Counted from the first letter of the stretch, positions 12,312 to 25,734 are shown. The stretch is 64,000 bases of DNA from Octopus bimaculoides (GCF_001194135.2 NC_068982.1:59102789-59166788), one strand, 5' to 3'. Notes: generated by a model not told the origin, from the sequence alone. Translations and numbers: made by a program.

Positions 12312-12637
12312 GTGATGGTGCATGGCTCAGTGGTTAGAGCATCATGCTCAGTCATGTGTTTGATTCCTATACTGGGTTGCATGCTGTGTTCTTGAGCTAG
12401 ACACATGATGATGATGGTAGTGGTGGTGGTGACGATGGTGACAATGATGGTGTTGATGATGATGATGATGATTATGATGCTGATAGGGATGATGATGATG
12501 TTATATCTTTCAAATGTGCCATTAAATTAAAAGTTTCGAAATAAATCATTAAGTTCTCCATTTGTTACGAATCAGAAAGAAAAATCCCCAGTATTTGAAA
12601 AATGGTATGAAAGACACAAACAGTCTATCCCTTATAT

Positions 12638-12895
12638 CAGTAGTTCCCAAACTTTTTCAGGCTGCTGCTCCCTCGGCACCCAGGCCACATCCCTAGTGCC
12701 CTTCCCCCTCCCCACCACAGATATAGTCCACTTTCAGTGACAATTTCAAAACAACTGTATTTCACAAGTAAAACTTAAACCTAATTAACTAATCAATATT
12801 TTTTTTACATCTCTCACCCCCATTATCATCCCACTTTTCTTCAACGCCCCCCATCCTCCTCTGGGTCTTTCCACTGCCCCCTTTGGGAAGCACTG
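12638..12895. mobile_element. hAT-type MITE
   Basis: TIRs CAGTAGTTCCCAAA / TTTGGGAAGCACTG; 8-bp TSD ccttatat / ccttaaat. Confidence 0.85.
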
Positions 12896-13254
12896 CCTTA
12901 AATGAAGCCCTTCTCTCACTCTCACTGTAAGTCTCTAAGAATGGTTATAATCTACACAGAAAATAGGGGAAAAGAATTCCAGCAAAACTTTCTTATAAGC
13001 ATAACTGAATATTGCAAGAATCTGCTTAATTTAGGGGTCAATGGGACCATTCAAAGGGTCGATAAATGCACATCTACTTATTATTATTATTTATTAATTT
13101 ATTTTCTTGTACAGGCCTGGGGGTCGATGAGGGGTCAAGGACTCGATGAGGGGTCAAGGACTCTATGAAGTGGTCAATGCTCTAAAAAGTTTAGGGACCC
13201 CTGGCTTAACTGAATGTTGAGAAAAGTCATTTTGACTCTAGGTGTTTTTAGAGG

Positions 13255-14582
13255 CAGAGGTGGCAATGGGATGAGTGGGGGTGGTAGTGGTGGTGGTTGT
13301 GACAACGGGGTGGGTGGTGTGGGTGGTGTGGGTGGCAGTGAGGTGGGTGGTGAATGAGGCAGATGGTGGAGGTGTTGGTGGTGATGGTGGCAGTGGTATT
13401 TGTGGAGGTGGTAGTTGTGGCAGTAGTGCTGGTTGTAATGGTGAGGGTATCAAATGTGGTGGTGGTAGTGGTGGTTATGGTAGTTCAAGGGAGTGGCAGT
13501 TGGGTTAGTGAGAGGAGTTGTGTTAGTGTCAGATTTGGAATAACGTAGTGGTGGCAATGTCAATACTAGAAGTGGCAGAAAGTGGTGGTATGGGACTAGT
13601 GGTGGTAGTAAAAGTGGGGTGGTAGTGGTGTTTGTGGTGAAAGTGGTGGTGGTGGTAGTGGTGGTAATGGTGGTGTGGTAGTCATGGCGGTTGTGATTGT
13701 GGTGGTAATGGTGATGGTGGGGGGTAACGGTGGTGCTGGTTGTGGTAGTGGTGGTAATGGTGATGGTGGGGGNNNNNNNNNNNNNNNNNNNNNNNNNNNN
13801 NNNNNNNNNNNNNNNNNNNNNNNNNNNNNNNNNNNNNNNNNNNNNNNNNNNNNNNNNNNNNNNNNNNNNNNNNNNNNNNNNNNNNNNNNNNNNNNNNNNN
13901 NNNNNNNNNNNNNNNNNNNNNNNNNNNNNNNNNNNNNNNNNNNNNNNNNNNNNNNNNNNNNNNNNNNNNNNNNNNNNNNNNNNNNNNNNNNNNNNNNNNN
14001 NNNNNNNNNNNNNNNNNNNNNNNNNNNNNNNNNNNNNNNNNNNNNNNNNNNNNNNNNNNNNNNNNNNNNNNNNNNNNNNNNNNNNNNNNNNNNNNNNNNN
14101 NNNNNNNNNNNNNNNNNNNNNNNNNNNNNNNNNNNNNNNNNNNNNNNNNNNNNNNNNNNNNNNNNNNNNNNNNNNNNNNNNNNNNNNNNNNNNNNNNNNN
14201 NNNNNNNNNNNNNNNNNNNNNNNNNNNNNNNNNNNNNNNNNNNNNNNNNNNNNNNNNNNNNNNNNNNNNNNNNNNNNNNNNNNNNNNNNNNNNNNNNNNN
14301 NNNNNNNNNNNNNNNNNNNNNNNNNNNNNNNNNNNNNNNNNNNNNNNNNNNNNNNNNNNNNNNNNNNNNNNNNNNNNNNNNNNNNNNNNNNNNNNNNNNN
14401 NNNNNNNNNNNNNNNNNNNNNNNNNNNNNNNNNNNNNNNNNNNNNNNNNNNNNNNNNNNNNNNNNNNNNNNNNNNNNNNNNNNNNNNNNNNNNNNNNNNN
14501 NNNNNNNNNNNNNNNNNNNNNNNNNNNNNNNNNNNNNNNNNNNNNNNNNNNNNNTGGTGGTGGTGGTGGTGGTGGTTGTGTA
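13255..14582. repeat. (GGT)n-rich degenerate simple repeat spanning a gap (N 13773-14554)
   Basis: Direct reading. Confidence 0.9.
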
Positions 14583-14667
14583 GGTGATGGTGGGAGTGTC
14601 AAGGACAGCAATAATTATAAAGAAAAAACAAACTAAGAGAATAGGGATTAGAAGGATATAGAGAATC

Positions 14668-14669
<2 letters not shown>

Positions 14670-14698
<29 letters not shown>

Positions 14699-15346
14699 GT
14701 TTCAAATTTTGTCACAAGGGCAGCAATTTTGGGGGAGGGGATGAGTTGATTATCGACCCCCAGTGTTCAACTGGTACCTATTTTATTGACCCCGAAAGGA
14801 TGAAAGGCAAAGTCGACCAATAATAATAATCCTTTCTATTATATGCACAAGGCCTGGAATTTGCGAGGGGATAGTCGATTTCATTGACCTCTGTGGTCAA
14901 CTAATATTTATTTCATTGACACTGAAAGGACAAGAAGCAATGTCAATCTCAGCAGAATTTGGACTCAGAACATAAAAATGGGCAAAATGCTACCTCAGCA
15001 TTTTGTCCAACATGCTAAAAGTCCAGCCAGTTTTATAGTAATAATAGTAATAATAATAATAATAGTAATAATAATGTAATAGCAATAATAATAATAATAA
15101 TGTCTTAGGTATAATAAAAAAATATTCAGACAAATACATAACAAAAACACCAGGACTTACAAATATATATAACATACAGAAAATTGCACTACTGGGCACT
15201 GCACACATCCTACGCAAAACACTTTCAATACAGTAACCATAAGAGCATCACAGCAAACCACAGCACATACCCAAGGCACACAGAGCTGTGCTCGGTAGTG
15301 AAGTGAAAGCACGTTATAAAAATAAAACTACTGAATAATAATAATG

Positions 15347-15399
<53 letters not shown>

Positions 15400-15817
15400 T
15401 TCTACTATAGGCACAAGGCCTGAAATTTTGGAAGAAAGGGATAGTCAATTACATCGATCTCAGTACTCATCTCGTACTTACTTTATTGATCCTAACAGGA
15501 TGAAAGGCAAAGTCAACCTCAGCGTAATTTGACTTTAGAATGTAAAGATGAACGAAATGCCACTAAGCATTTTGCCAGGCATGTTAACAATTCTGCGAGC
15601 TTGCCACCCTATTAATAATAATAATAATAATGGTTTCAAATTTTGCCACAAGGGCAGTAATTCTGGGGAAGTTGATGAGTTGATTGCATTGACCCCAGAG
15701 TTCAACTGGCACTTATTTTATTGACCCCTTGGCAGAATTTGAACGCAGAATGTAGCGATGGGCGAAATACCGCTAAGCATTTCATCCGGCATGCTAACAA
15801 TTCTGCCAACTCACCAC
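14670..15817 (-). mobile_element. Chain of four family-B SINEs (about 14695, 14830, 15398, 15630) separated by (AAT)n
   Basis: Repeated cacaaggcc...gacccc...aaaggatgaaaggcaaagtc units, all in the same orientation. Confidence 0.85.
15101..15340 (+). mobile_element. Dong/R4-clade non-LTR retrotransposon 3' end
   Basis: LGIIKKYSDKYITKTPGLTNIYNIQKIALLGTAHILRKTLSIQ* (stop 15234-36) matches the R4/Dong RLE-terminal QK..LLGTA.I.R..L motif. Flanked by (TAA)n, the known Dong target. Confidence 0.8.
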
Positions 15818-15914
15818 CCTACTACTACTACTACTACTAATAATAATAATAAGTACAAAATAGCCCAGCTATGGAAAATGAAGATGGTGAAAATAGTGCC
15901 GATTATTGTTGAGG

Positions 15915-16205
15915 TTGTTGCCAGTGCCGCTGGACTGGCTCCCATGCAGGTGGCACATAAAAAACACCTTTCTGAGCGTGGCTGTTGCCAGTACCGTGTG
16001 ACTGGCCCTCGTGCCGGTGGCATGTAAAAGCACCCACTACACTCTCAGAGTGGTTGGTGTTAGAAAGGGCATCCAGCTGTAGAAACTCTGCCAAATCAGA
16101 TTGGAGCTTGGTGTAGCCATCTGGTTCACCAGTCCTCAGTCAAATCACCCAACCCATGCTAGCATGGAAAGCGGACGTTAAACGATAATGATGATGATGA
16201 TGATG
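15915..16205 (+). mobile_element. Family C RTE-related tail with two GCCAGT..ACTGG units and a (GAT)n end
   Basis: aaagcacccactacactctcagagtggttggtgttagaaagggcatccagc...catggaaagcggacgttaaacgataatgatg. Confidence 0.85.
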
Positions 16206-16206
16206 A

Positions 16207-16465
16207 CTTGGAGACAGTGTCAGAAGGAATCAAAAGAAACATAGAGGAAATCAGAATAGAGTGCCTCGTAGAGCTGATACAAAAGGTTTGCCTCCTTAGC
16301 AAGGCCAGAATAATCAGGAAAGTATTAGATAGTTGAAAAGAACAGATAGCATGGTACCATAGGCTGCAGGTAGCAAGCCTGCTATGCATGCAAGAGACCG
16401 AGAGTTCCAACAAAACCTGAGTTAAAAAGAAAAAGAACAGCAACAGCAACAACAACAACAAAATA
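16207..16465 (+). mobile_element. Second Dong/R4-like 3' end (different family)
   Basis: LETVSEGIKRNIEEIRIECLVELIQKVCLLSKARIIRKVLDS* (stop 16334-36), short 3' UTR, (CAA)n tail. Confidence 0.75.
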
Positions 16466-16864
16466 CAGAAAAACTAAGAGGCTATACCAACTTAGTTGCT
16501 GAATTAAAACATTATGGCAACTAAGGATTGTGTATATCATTCCATTTGTTATTGGCATATCTGTAATGATATGCAACCTTTTCTGTAAAGAAACTAACAC
16601 TGACTTGTAATTAAACATGCACTATCTCAGCATATGTACATTAGAAATTCTACGAAAATAGACAGACAATTGTTTGGGTATTGTCACACAGAAGTTGTTT
16701 ACTTTGGACATATCTGTTAACCTTGAATAATTTTATGTATGTTTTGTTTTCTAAGGTGTATCTAATTCTTGTTTTAATAAAGGAAAACGCTTAACATATC
16801 GGCAAACCAAATATTTTCCAAAAGGCAGCAACTACAAAAATAATATCAACAATAATAACAACAA

Positions 16865-17547
16865 TAGTCTCAAGTTTTTTGCAGAAGACCAGCAATTTTA
16901 TGAAGAGGAAAGTTTGTTGATTATAGTGACCCAAGTATTTGACTGATACTTTATATTCTTGGCCCCTGAAAAAGGAAAGTAAAGTTAATCCCAGCAGGAT
17001 TTGAATTCAGAACATGAAGAGACAGAAGAAATGCTACAAAGATTTTTCTACAATGCAGTAACAATTCTGTCAGCTTATTCCCTTAACAATGGTTACAAAT
17101 TTTAGCACAAGGCCAAAAATTTCAGGGGAGGGGGAAAGTCAGTTACTTCGACCCCAGGGTTCAGTTGATACTTATTTATTTTATCAACTCTGAAAGTATG
17201 AAAGGCAAAGTTGACCTTGCTGTAATTTGAACTCAGAACGTAAAGATGGACGAAATGCTGCTATGCATTATACCCAGCATCTTAACAGTTCTGCCAGCTT
17301 GCCACTTTATGACAATAGAAATAATAATAATCCTTTCTAATTTTTTTTTTTTTGGGGGGGGGGGAGGGGTGGTTAAGCCAATTACATCGACTCCAATACT
17401 CAAGTGATACTTAATTCACTGACCCTGAAAGGAAGAAAGGCAAAATCGACCTTGATGGAATTTGAACTCAGAATGCAAAGATGGCAAAAATACTGTTATG
17501 CATTTTGCCCTACATGCTAATGATTCTACTATCTCACTACCTTAATG

Positions 17548-17579
<32 letters not shown>

Positions 17580-17720
17580 TTCTACAATAGGCACAAGGCC
17601 TGAAATTTTGGAAGAGGGAGTAAGTCGATTACATTGATCTCAATACTCGATTGGCACTTATTTTATCAACATGAAAAAGATGATAGGCAAAGTTGACCTC
17701 AGCAGAATTTGAACTCAAAA
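16865..17720 (-). mobile_element. Chain of four family-B SINEs
   Basis: Copies at about 16865, 17090, 17330 and 17578, same orientation, with AAT spacers. Confidence 0.8.
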
Positions 17721-19093
17721 CTTATAAGCAGGGATTGGTGAATAGAATTTTATTCATGTCAAACTGACCACACTCACATCCATCCTCATATTGCCTCTTC
17801 CAAAGAAGAGAACTTATCTCTTATTCTATGTTGCAGGCATTTCTTTCAGAATGACTACAATAACAATGATGATGATGATGTTGATGACAACAACAACGAC
17901 AACAACAACAGTAATAATAATAATTGCATTTTAATTATCAGACTTTTGACAGTGTCAGGAACCAATTCCTATTTCAAAAATGTTCAAGGGAAATTTTCAG
18001 GGTCTTTTTTTTTTAAATGTTTATGATAGAATGGTGAAATCTATTTATTTATTTGTTTATTTATTTAATAATTTCTTCCTTCAGATTGATTATATTTTTA
18101 TTGCAGATAATGGACATAGGGTACTTCAGAGAGGAATACCTAAAGACAGACAAGACAACAAAAGGGTGTCTTCTGCAGTCTTCATGCATGTGTGTGTGTG
18201 TGTGTGTGTGTGTGTGCCACTGAGATCTTGCATGTAGTTCTCTGTACATTTGTGTGTGATGATGATGATTATGATGGGGGTGGGGAGCATGGCTTTTGAG
18301 CCTGTATATGTGTGAATGTGTGTACATGAGTGCAGTTGGAAAGAGAGTGAAAGAGAGAGAGAGGGGGGAGGTGATGGAACAGTAAAGCATGCAAAAGATA
18401 TTAAAAAAAAAAAAGCAAACAAAACAAGGACCAAACAAGTCAGCAAAAACAACTATAGAAGTAATAATAACAACAACAACAACAACATGAACAGCAACAA
18501 GATGGTGGGGGGGGGGAACAATAGCAGCATCATGAACTAAAAATAAATAAAAATCTGTGACAATATTTTGAAATTTATCAGTTGGAGAAAGTAAGTTTGG
18601 AGATTAAAAAATAAAAAAAATAAAAAAATGTAATAAAGTAAAATAAAATAAAATAAAAACGTTTTCCCATGAAATACATTTCAAAATAAAAAGTAAAAAA
18701 AAATATGAAGAAAATTGAAATAAAATTAAAATAAAATTTTAAAAAATACATGAAAATAAAGTAAAAAAGGCCCAAGAAAAATGGTTAGATTTGGCTTTAA
18801 GGAAAACATCTGCAGAAGGTTTTAATCAATACTGGCTTTTGAAGTATTTCATAATATGTGTAGGATGGAGAATATGATAGTGTGTTTCACTGTGGTAATA
18901 GGGAAATTTAGGGAATGTATGTATATGTGTGTGTATATGTGTGTGGTATATGCATGTGGGTGTGATTGTATATGTGTATGTTTCTGTTAGGGATGTAAAA
19001 GGTTTGTGCATGTATTTGGTGGTTACATGCATGTACATGTATATTTGTAAATACATACATATATATATACATGTATGTCCGTATATATATAAA

Positions 19094-19135
<42 letters not shown>

Positions 19136-20154
19136 TAAAAAGATATCTATCACACTGGTGTGTGGTTATATGTGACAGAAGAATGGCGTGTTTGGTTATT
19201 TATATGTGTACAGTTATCTAAGTAATATATGTGTGTGTGTGTATATATATATATATGTATGTATGTATGTGTATATTTATGTACACATTCAATTACACGT
19301 ATATTTCAACAATTATGTGACATACAGCCACATTGTAATATGTATGTCTCTATGTATCTATCTATCTATTTTTCTATCTATATATCTACTAATCAATCTA
19401 TCATTTCCCCTCTCTCTACCCATGTATGTATGTGTGTGTGTGTGTGTGTGTGTTTGCACATTTGTAAAGTTCTGTGTGTGACTGAATATGCGTGCATGTA
19501 AATTAGTGGTTTTGTGTGATTGTATATACGAGTATGTGTATGCTTACGTACATATATCAGATCACAATCTCTGTGCATATACATCTATGTATGTCTAAGA
19601 TTGTGCAAATGCATCTTAAGTTTAGTGTGTATAATGCATTTACACTGTGTGTACATGTATTTTTCATTTGTCTGCCTATCTATATTTTGTTACAGATATT
19701 CTTTTTTATTACTATAGAAGCAATGTGGCAGTGAGTGTTTGGTATTAGACTACCAACATAGACATCAGGAGTTCAGTTCTAATGCAGGTGTGTCATTATG
19801 TATTTGGGCATCATGTATAATTCTACATCACTTAATTTACCTATCAGGAATAGTTACCAGACAATTTAGGAATATTATTCAGAAGATTTACCATTCTATC
19901 TCTGAACACTGTAAATGTGGAACTTATCACTAATCGCATCGAATGATAAAGAACAACCACATTGCGAGATATCCATGCAGCAGAAACATATGTCAGACTG
20001 AGGCTTAGATTAGATATGCCGTATAACTGACTGTAATTATAAAAGCTGTGTTGATGTATAATTCTCCTTATCTATTTGAATAGTCATATATCATCATCAT
20101 CCAATGTTTTAAATTCAGGTTTAGTCCCCATTAATGTGGGTGGTCAGATCTACC

Positions 20155-20512
20155 TCAATGCCATAGCAACTACCCTCACACCATTTCACCATCTTGTCCG
20201 GTTTTGGGCGTCCTCCTTTTTCAAACCAACCCTCCCAATCTCCTCCTCCACCTGTCCCCCACCTTTTCTTCAGTCTACCTCACTTTCATGCTCCATTTAC
20301 CTCAAACACAATCATCCTCCTCAGAACATGTTCTTTATCCCTCCTCAAAGCATACCCATACCACCTCACTCTATTCACCCTTACCAACCATTCCACCGAT
20401 TCCTCCAACCCCAGCATTCCCATCAAAATCCTCAGTCCTCCTCTTATCAAACAGCTTCACCCCACACATTTCTCTCACCATTGCTCTCTCAGTCCTTCTC
20501 AGAATTACCATA
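20155..20512 (-). mobile_element. RTE-clade LINE ORF2 3' fragment, decayed
   Basis: Minus strand with frameshifts: LRRTERAMVREMCGVKLFDKRRTED..MLGLEESVEWLVRVNRVRWYGYALRR..VEEEIGRVGLKKEDAQNRTRW. Confidence 0.85.
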
Positions 20513-20619
20513 TATATTATTTAATAGACACAATACATGCTTTTATGTGCTACTAATAGTTCTATATGATGAGAAATATCTCAAACATATTCAAGAGGCA
20601 CAGACCACATATAACAAAT

Positions 20620-21000
20620 TAAAGAGAGAAGAAATGTGAAATGTTGAAAAAGGAAGCATATAAAAAAATGTAGATCAAATAAATGTAAGGTAAGATCCCT
20701 AACTCACCACAGAACTCTAGGTCTGAAATTTTCAGTGATTGTAAACATATGACTGAATACATTTTGAAGAATTGAAAAATTCCACTTATACCTGATTAAC
20801 TGGTTGACATAATTCCAGCCTTATAATTTAAAGTCTAAGGAAGATTATTCATTTACCTTTTCTTTTTTTTTTTTTTTTCGTTTTCAGTTTTCTATATACT
20901 TCCTTCTTAACTTTTTGTATTTCCTCTTTCATGCCTGATGAATACATTTGAAATATTTCTCAATGTATGAAACTATTAGTAACATATAATAACATGTGTT
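20620..21000 (+). mobile_element. Penelope-like element 3' end (GIY-YIG tail plus hammerhead-like motif)
   Basis: NSRSEIFSDCKHMTEYILKN* resembles the PLE C-terminal LN.RSEI...C.H motif; CUGAUGA...GAAA core about 170 nt downstream. Confidence 0.6.
20929..20987 (+). ncRNA. Degenerate minimal hammerhead ribozyme
   Basis: CUGAUGA (20935-41), 7-bp stem II AUACAUU/AAUGUAU, GAAA (20969-72), CUAUUAGUA; stem I is weak. Confidence 0.45.
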
Positions 21001-22555
21001 GTGTCTGCTTGTTGTGACATCACATGACTGTTGTATTAATTTTGAAAATTCTGTGAAAACATGTCTGGGCAATAATACCTTGCTCAGAAACAGATAAGAG
21101 TTGGCAAAAGAAAGAGCTTATGGTTGTGGAATATCCGCCTCAGTAAACTCCGTCTGACCAATTCAAGCATGGCAAAGTGGATATTAGGAGAAGAAGAGGA
21201 TGATGATAATGAGGAAGAGGAGGAGGAATTATATCTGTATCATCATCCTCATCATTTAATGTCCGTTTTCCATGCTGGCATGGGTTGGACGATTTGACAG
21301 AAGTTTACCAGCTGAAGGGCTGTTCAAGCTCCATATCTGTTTTGGCATGGTTTCTATGGCTGGATGCCCTTCCTAATGCCAACCACTTTACAAAGTATGC
21401 TGGGTGCTTTTACACAACACTGGTATCAGTGCTTTTACATGGTGTCCCATGGGTGCTTTTATGTGACACTGCACAGGCACTTTTACATGGCCATATGTAA
21501 GAATATATAATTGGATCTTGGATCTTTGTGTCTTGCAACAGGAGTGTGTGGTGCAGGCACAAGTTATGGGGTTACGGTTAAGAAATTTTCTTCACGAACA
21601 TGTGAGCACAAGTTCAATTCTATCACACAACACCATAGTCAAGTATCTTCTTTGATAGTTCCAGGCTGATACGATTGTATTTATATGCCTTTTTCTTATG
21701 CTTTTGTATATGTATTTTGTACTCATGTGCAGTTTTGTGTATTTATTGTGTTGTGAGCATTTGTGTGACCTTGTTTCAATACAGATATATGTATGCTTTA
21801 CTGTACAAATAGATATTTAAGTTATAGTTAGTCAATGCAAATCCAGCTGGAGCATCACATTTATAAAATCCTTACTTGTCTATCTACTATTCATATTATC
21901 ATTGCCCAAGTATAACTGTAAATTGTCAGATTCATTAGAGCTTGTAGTATTCTGTTCTGCCAATGTCAATTATTTTAATATTTGCTGAAGATTGGGTTTT
22001 TTTCTCCTGGGAACCAATAAACAAGCTAAGCAGCATAGGTTGGGAAACGATGTATGCATTTAGTGATTTTTGTTATTTAGTGATGACCATTCGTACTTAT
22101 TGTATCAATAAAGAAAGAGCTAGTAGTTGATTATTCTCTCTCTTCTTCTCTAGAATGAATCAGCTGTGCTCAGGTTCAGATGACCAAGACTTATGTCACA
22201 TTGGTGTCCCTACATTTCCATCAGAAGATGAGGGCATAACCATTCTGACACCAACCCACAAGTGACCACTCTTGATTCTATGATACCAACTTCCTGATTT
22301 CAAGTGATCTAAATTAAAACCTTCCATCAATATTCCATGTTAATTTTATGTTCCTAACACCAGACTAATAATGACGAAGTTATGTTACTAAATTCTTTAT
22401 TATATTTCAAAACTAATTTAAACAAAAGGAGTGATTTCCAAAGAAATATAGTAAATGAAAGGGTTAAGATAGAAACAAAAGAAGGAAAGGAATCTCAAAC
22501 TGTTGTTGTTAAGTCTTTTCACTTAGTATTCTTACAAATAGAACAGGATATTTAA

Positions 22556-22773
22556 CTCTTTAGCATTTAGAATACTGTCAAATTTAATGCTTATTTATTC
22601 ACTTTGTTTTGAATTAATCATTTATGATCTTGTAGCGTTGAGATTTCGATGATGTAATTGTATATTTTTAGAATAACATTGTAGGGTAGATGTGAGAGGC
22701 CAGATATGGTCAGCTTGAACATAAAACCAATAGAATGTTTTGGCTAGATATGGCCAGTTTAAATGCTAAAGGG
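22556..22773. mobile_element. piggyBac-like MITE
   Basis: TTAA on both sides; termini ctctttagcatt / aatgctaaaggg. Confidence 0.8.
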
Positions 22774-23499
22774 TTAATTAAAATATTTCTTGTGACTTAG
22801 CACTTGCATCAACTTAAATAAGACAGATTGTGTAGTATACAGAAATGACCCCACTCTATTAAAACCTTCCGAGCAAATGAGGAATATATGATATTTTTGA
22901 GGTCAATGAGAAACCCTCTGCAAGGTTACTTATTTTACTAGAAATAGCAGGCAAATTATCCTTTAAATTACCATCTTTAAAAAAATGTATATATACATTA
23001 GATAATTTAGGTCTGGTAACAGCTTCAGAAAAAGAATAGATGGGATAGCTGGACTTCAATATATTTAGTTGTAAGTCTATTTAAACAGGGTTAACTTGTG
23101 ACTAAATCACAACAACAACATCAAAAATAGATGATGCATTTGCATGAGCCAACAAGACTTGTGGGCCAGAAACTGGAGCATGTCTGTTAATTGTTATATG
23201 CCAATAAGTTTAGAAGCCCTTATCTGGATGTAGTTCAGGATGTCTCTGTGTATACTAATGGCATTGTTCCAAATGGAAGAGCAGTGCCCCACTGAAGGTC
23301 TCACTTGAACCTTGCAGAATGTCAGCAGCCACTGGGGGCTGAAATATTTTCTGATCCTGAGTCATGTAGAGAATTATGAGATATAAATATATAAACACTT
23401 TCATTTTGTGATTTGTGGTAATTAATAAATGAAATGCTTTGAAATAACTTTTTGGATAAAAAAAATGGAACTTTTATTGTTTCTTTATCAAGAACCTCA

Positions 23500-23716
23500 T
23501 CTGGTGTCAAATTTTGGCACAAGGCCAGAAATTTCCTGGGAGGGATAAATTCATTACATCAACCTCCAGTGTACAACTGGTACTTATTTTATCAACCACA
23601 AAAGGATGAAAGGCAAAGTTAACCTCAGTGAAATTTGAACTCAGAACATGAAGGTGGACAAAATACTGCTGAGCATTTTGCCCAGCATGCTAACAATTCT
23701 GCCAGCTCACTGCCTT
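23500..23716 (-). mobile_element. SINE family B
   Basis: Homology to 8291-8509. Confidence 0.85.
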
Positions 23717-23764
23717 ACAACCTCAGTTAGTAAAAAGTGTCATAGTTGAGTTTAAAGATGAAGT

Positions 23765-24385
23765 TCATCACTTTGATTGGCTAGTACGTGTGGCCTATTT
23801 AAAACCACATCTTATGTCATATATGAATTAAATTTAATTTCACGGGGATGAACATATATACTTTTACGGTTTTTGAGAAAGTGAGAGCAACAGTTGAGAA
23901 ACTGAATTTGTGAAAACAACAGGTTATAAAAAAATGAATTTTGAAGTTCTTTGGAGCATTATGTAATTTTTAAAAAAATAATTTTCTCTTAATCCAAACC
24001 AACAAAATATGGATTAAAGATCCAATCAGTGTAAAAATAGAAAATGAAGGAATGTTACAGTTAAATGAAGCTGAAAGGGATCCTTTCATTGAACTTTCAT
24101 GCGACAGTGCTGTAAAACAAAAATCTGACATCTTTCAATTTAATTTTTGGTTAGGTTTTCAAGAAAGATATTCAAATTTATATGAAAAAGCTGTATGATT
24201 TTTAATGCTTTTGTTACAACTTATAACAGCAAAACTGAATTCTCTACTTTGGTTTCCTTAAAAAATAAGCATCATAAATGATAGGTTGTCAAACAAGATT
24301 TGATGCTAAAATTAACTTCCTTTCTTTTTGATGTACAATTGTTATTTGATAGCAAACATCATCAGCTTTTACATTCACATTTCTA
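23765..24385 (+). pseudogene. Decayed hAT (Buster/Charlie-like) transposase C-terminus
   Basis: Multi-frame reading: WLVRVAYL...WIKDP...FIELSCDSAVKQK...FWLGFQERYSNLYEKAV*FLM..TTYNSKTEFSTL..LKNK..QDLMLKL..SH, matching the hAT dimerisation domain. Confidence 0.75.
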
Positions 24386-24776
24386 AAAAAAAAAAAAGAA
24401 ATCTCTTTTGCGTTCTAAATTTTGTCAATTTTCTTTCATAAATAAATACATGCTTAATTATATTTTGTAATTTATAACTTTGTTCAATAAACTGTAGAAT
24501 TTAATTGTATTTATGTATTTATCATCAATCCTCTGGCCAGAAACTTTTGTAGGTATAAAAGAAAACCAAATTAGACATGGCTGTGTAAGTAATGGAGATC
24601 ATTTCATAAGCACATGGTCTTGAGTTCAATTCCATTGTGTACAACCTTCTGAGATCTCCTCCCTGTTCATCTTTTCTGCAGATGTTGACATGCAACAACT
24701 AATGACTCACGTGTGCAATTCGTTGACAGAAATTGCATAGAATCCCACCATATGTGTGTACATATCTATCTATCTA

Positions 24777-24833
<57 letters not shown>

Positions 24834-25474
24834 CTATCTATCTATCTATATATATACACACATATTTGATAAGCAAATAATGGTCAGTGAACGGAAAGTC
24901 ATCTGGCTGTAAAATACTACCTTAAATGAGTCTCTGCTCACACCATGAAAAAACAAATCCGAGAAGGAATGAGTAAAAGCAAAATTATATATTTTAAAAG
25001 CTGGTTTGTCTTCTGACACCATATCAAAAGCGCACTAGGCTGATTACATCACAGGAAAATATGGCATTGTTTTAGCCAGGCCAGCTTGAATTACATTGCA
25101 GGCTACTTTAATCACAGAAAGTTAAGTTTTTGAGGGTCTCTTGTATACTGACAGAATTGAAAGCATTTTGCTTTCTCGTGCTATTATTACAATAATGAAT
25201 GAATGATTGTTAATTCAACACGAAATATTATCTTTGCAAAAACAGTAGTATCTTTAGAAATGATCTAATTATAAATCTCACAGAGAGAATTAAGCAGCAG
25301 TGTTATGATAAAGCAGTTGTATACTGTCAACTTAATGTGACAGTCCCAATAAGGGAATCATACTGCTGCTATTTAGCCCTAGGAAGCTGGACCGCTTTCT
25401 GTCGGCCTTGACACATTTCCTGTGTCCTTATATTTGCGAGGGGAAGACAAGCACCTTCACCAGCCTAGTGTGCA

Positions 25475-25517
25475 TTCAGGGACATGTTTCTGAGTTATTG
25501 CTCGTCATCAGCCTGAA
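25475..25517 (-). ncRNA. Minimal type I hammerhead ribozyme (Penelope/retrozyme type)
   Basis: UUCAGG-CUGAUGA-c-GAG caauaa CUC-a-GAAA-CAUG-UC-CCUGAA: intact core, perfect 6-bp stem I, palindromic CAUG loop III, GUC cleavage triplet. Confidence 0.8.
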
Positions 25518-25734
25518 GTAGCAAAACCAGCTGGTCGAAGATATAGTAGTGTCTTTCTGTTTTACTTTTCATTACAATCTTTAATTTTTGATAAAATTTT
25601 TTAAAATGCTTGTCTAAATAAACCCCTTTCAAGAAAATATCAAGCGGGCTGCACGATAAAAGGTTAGCCAGCCCTGTTTTAGGCAGATATGGCTGGCTGG
25701 TTTTCTTGAACATTTCCTAATCCAGGATAGATGA

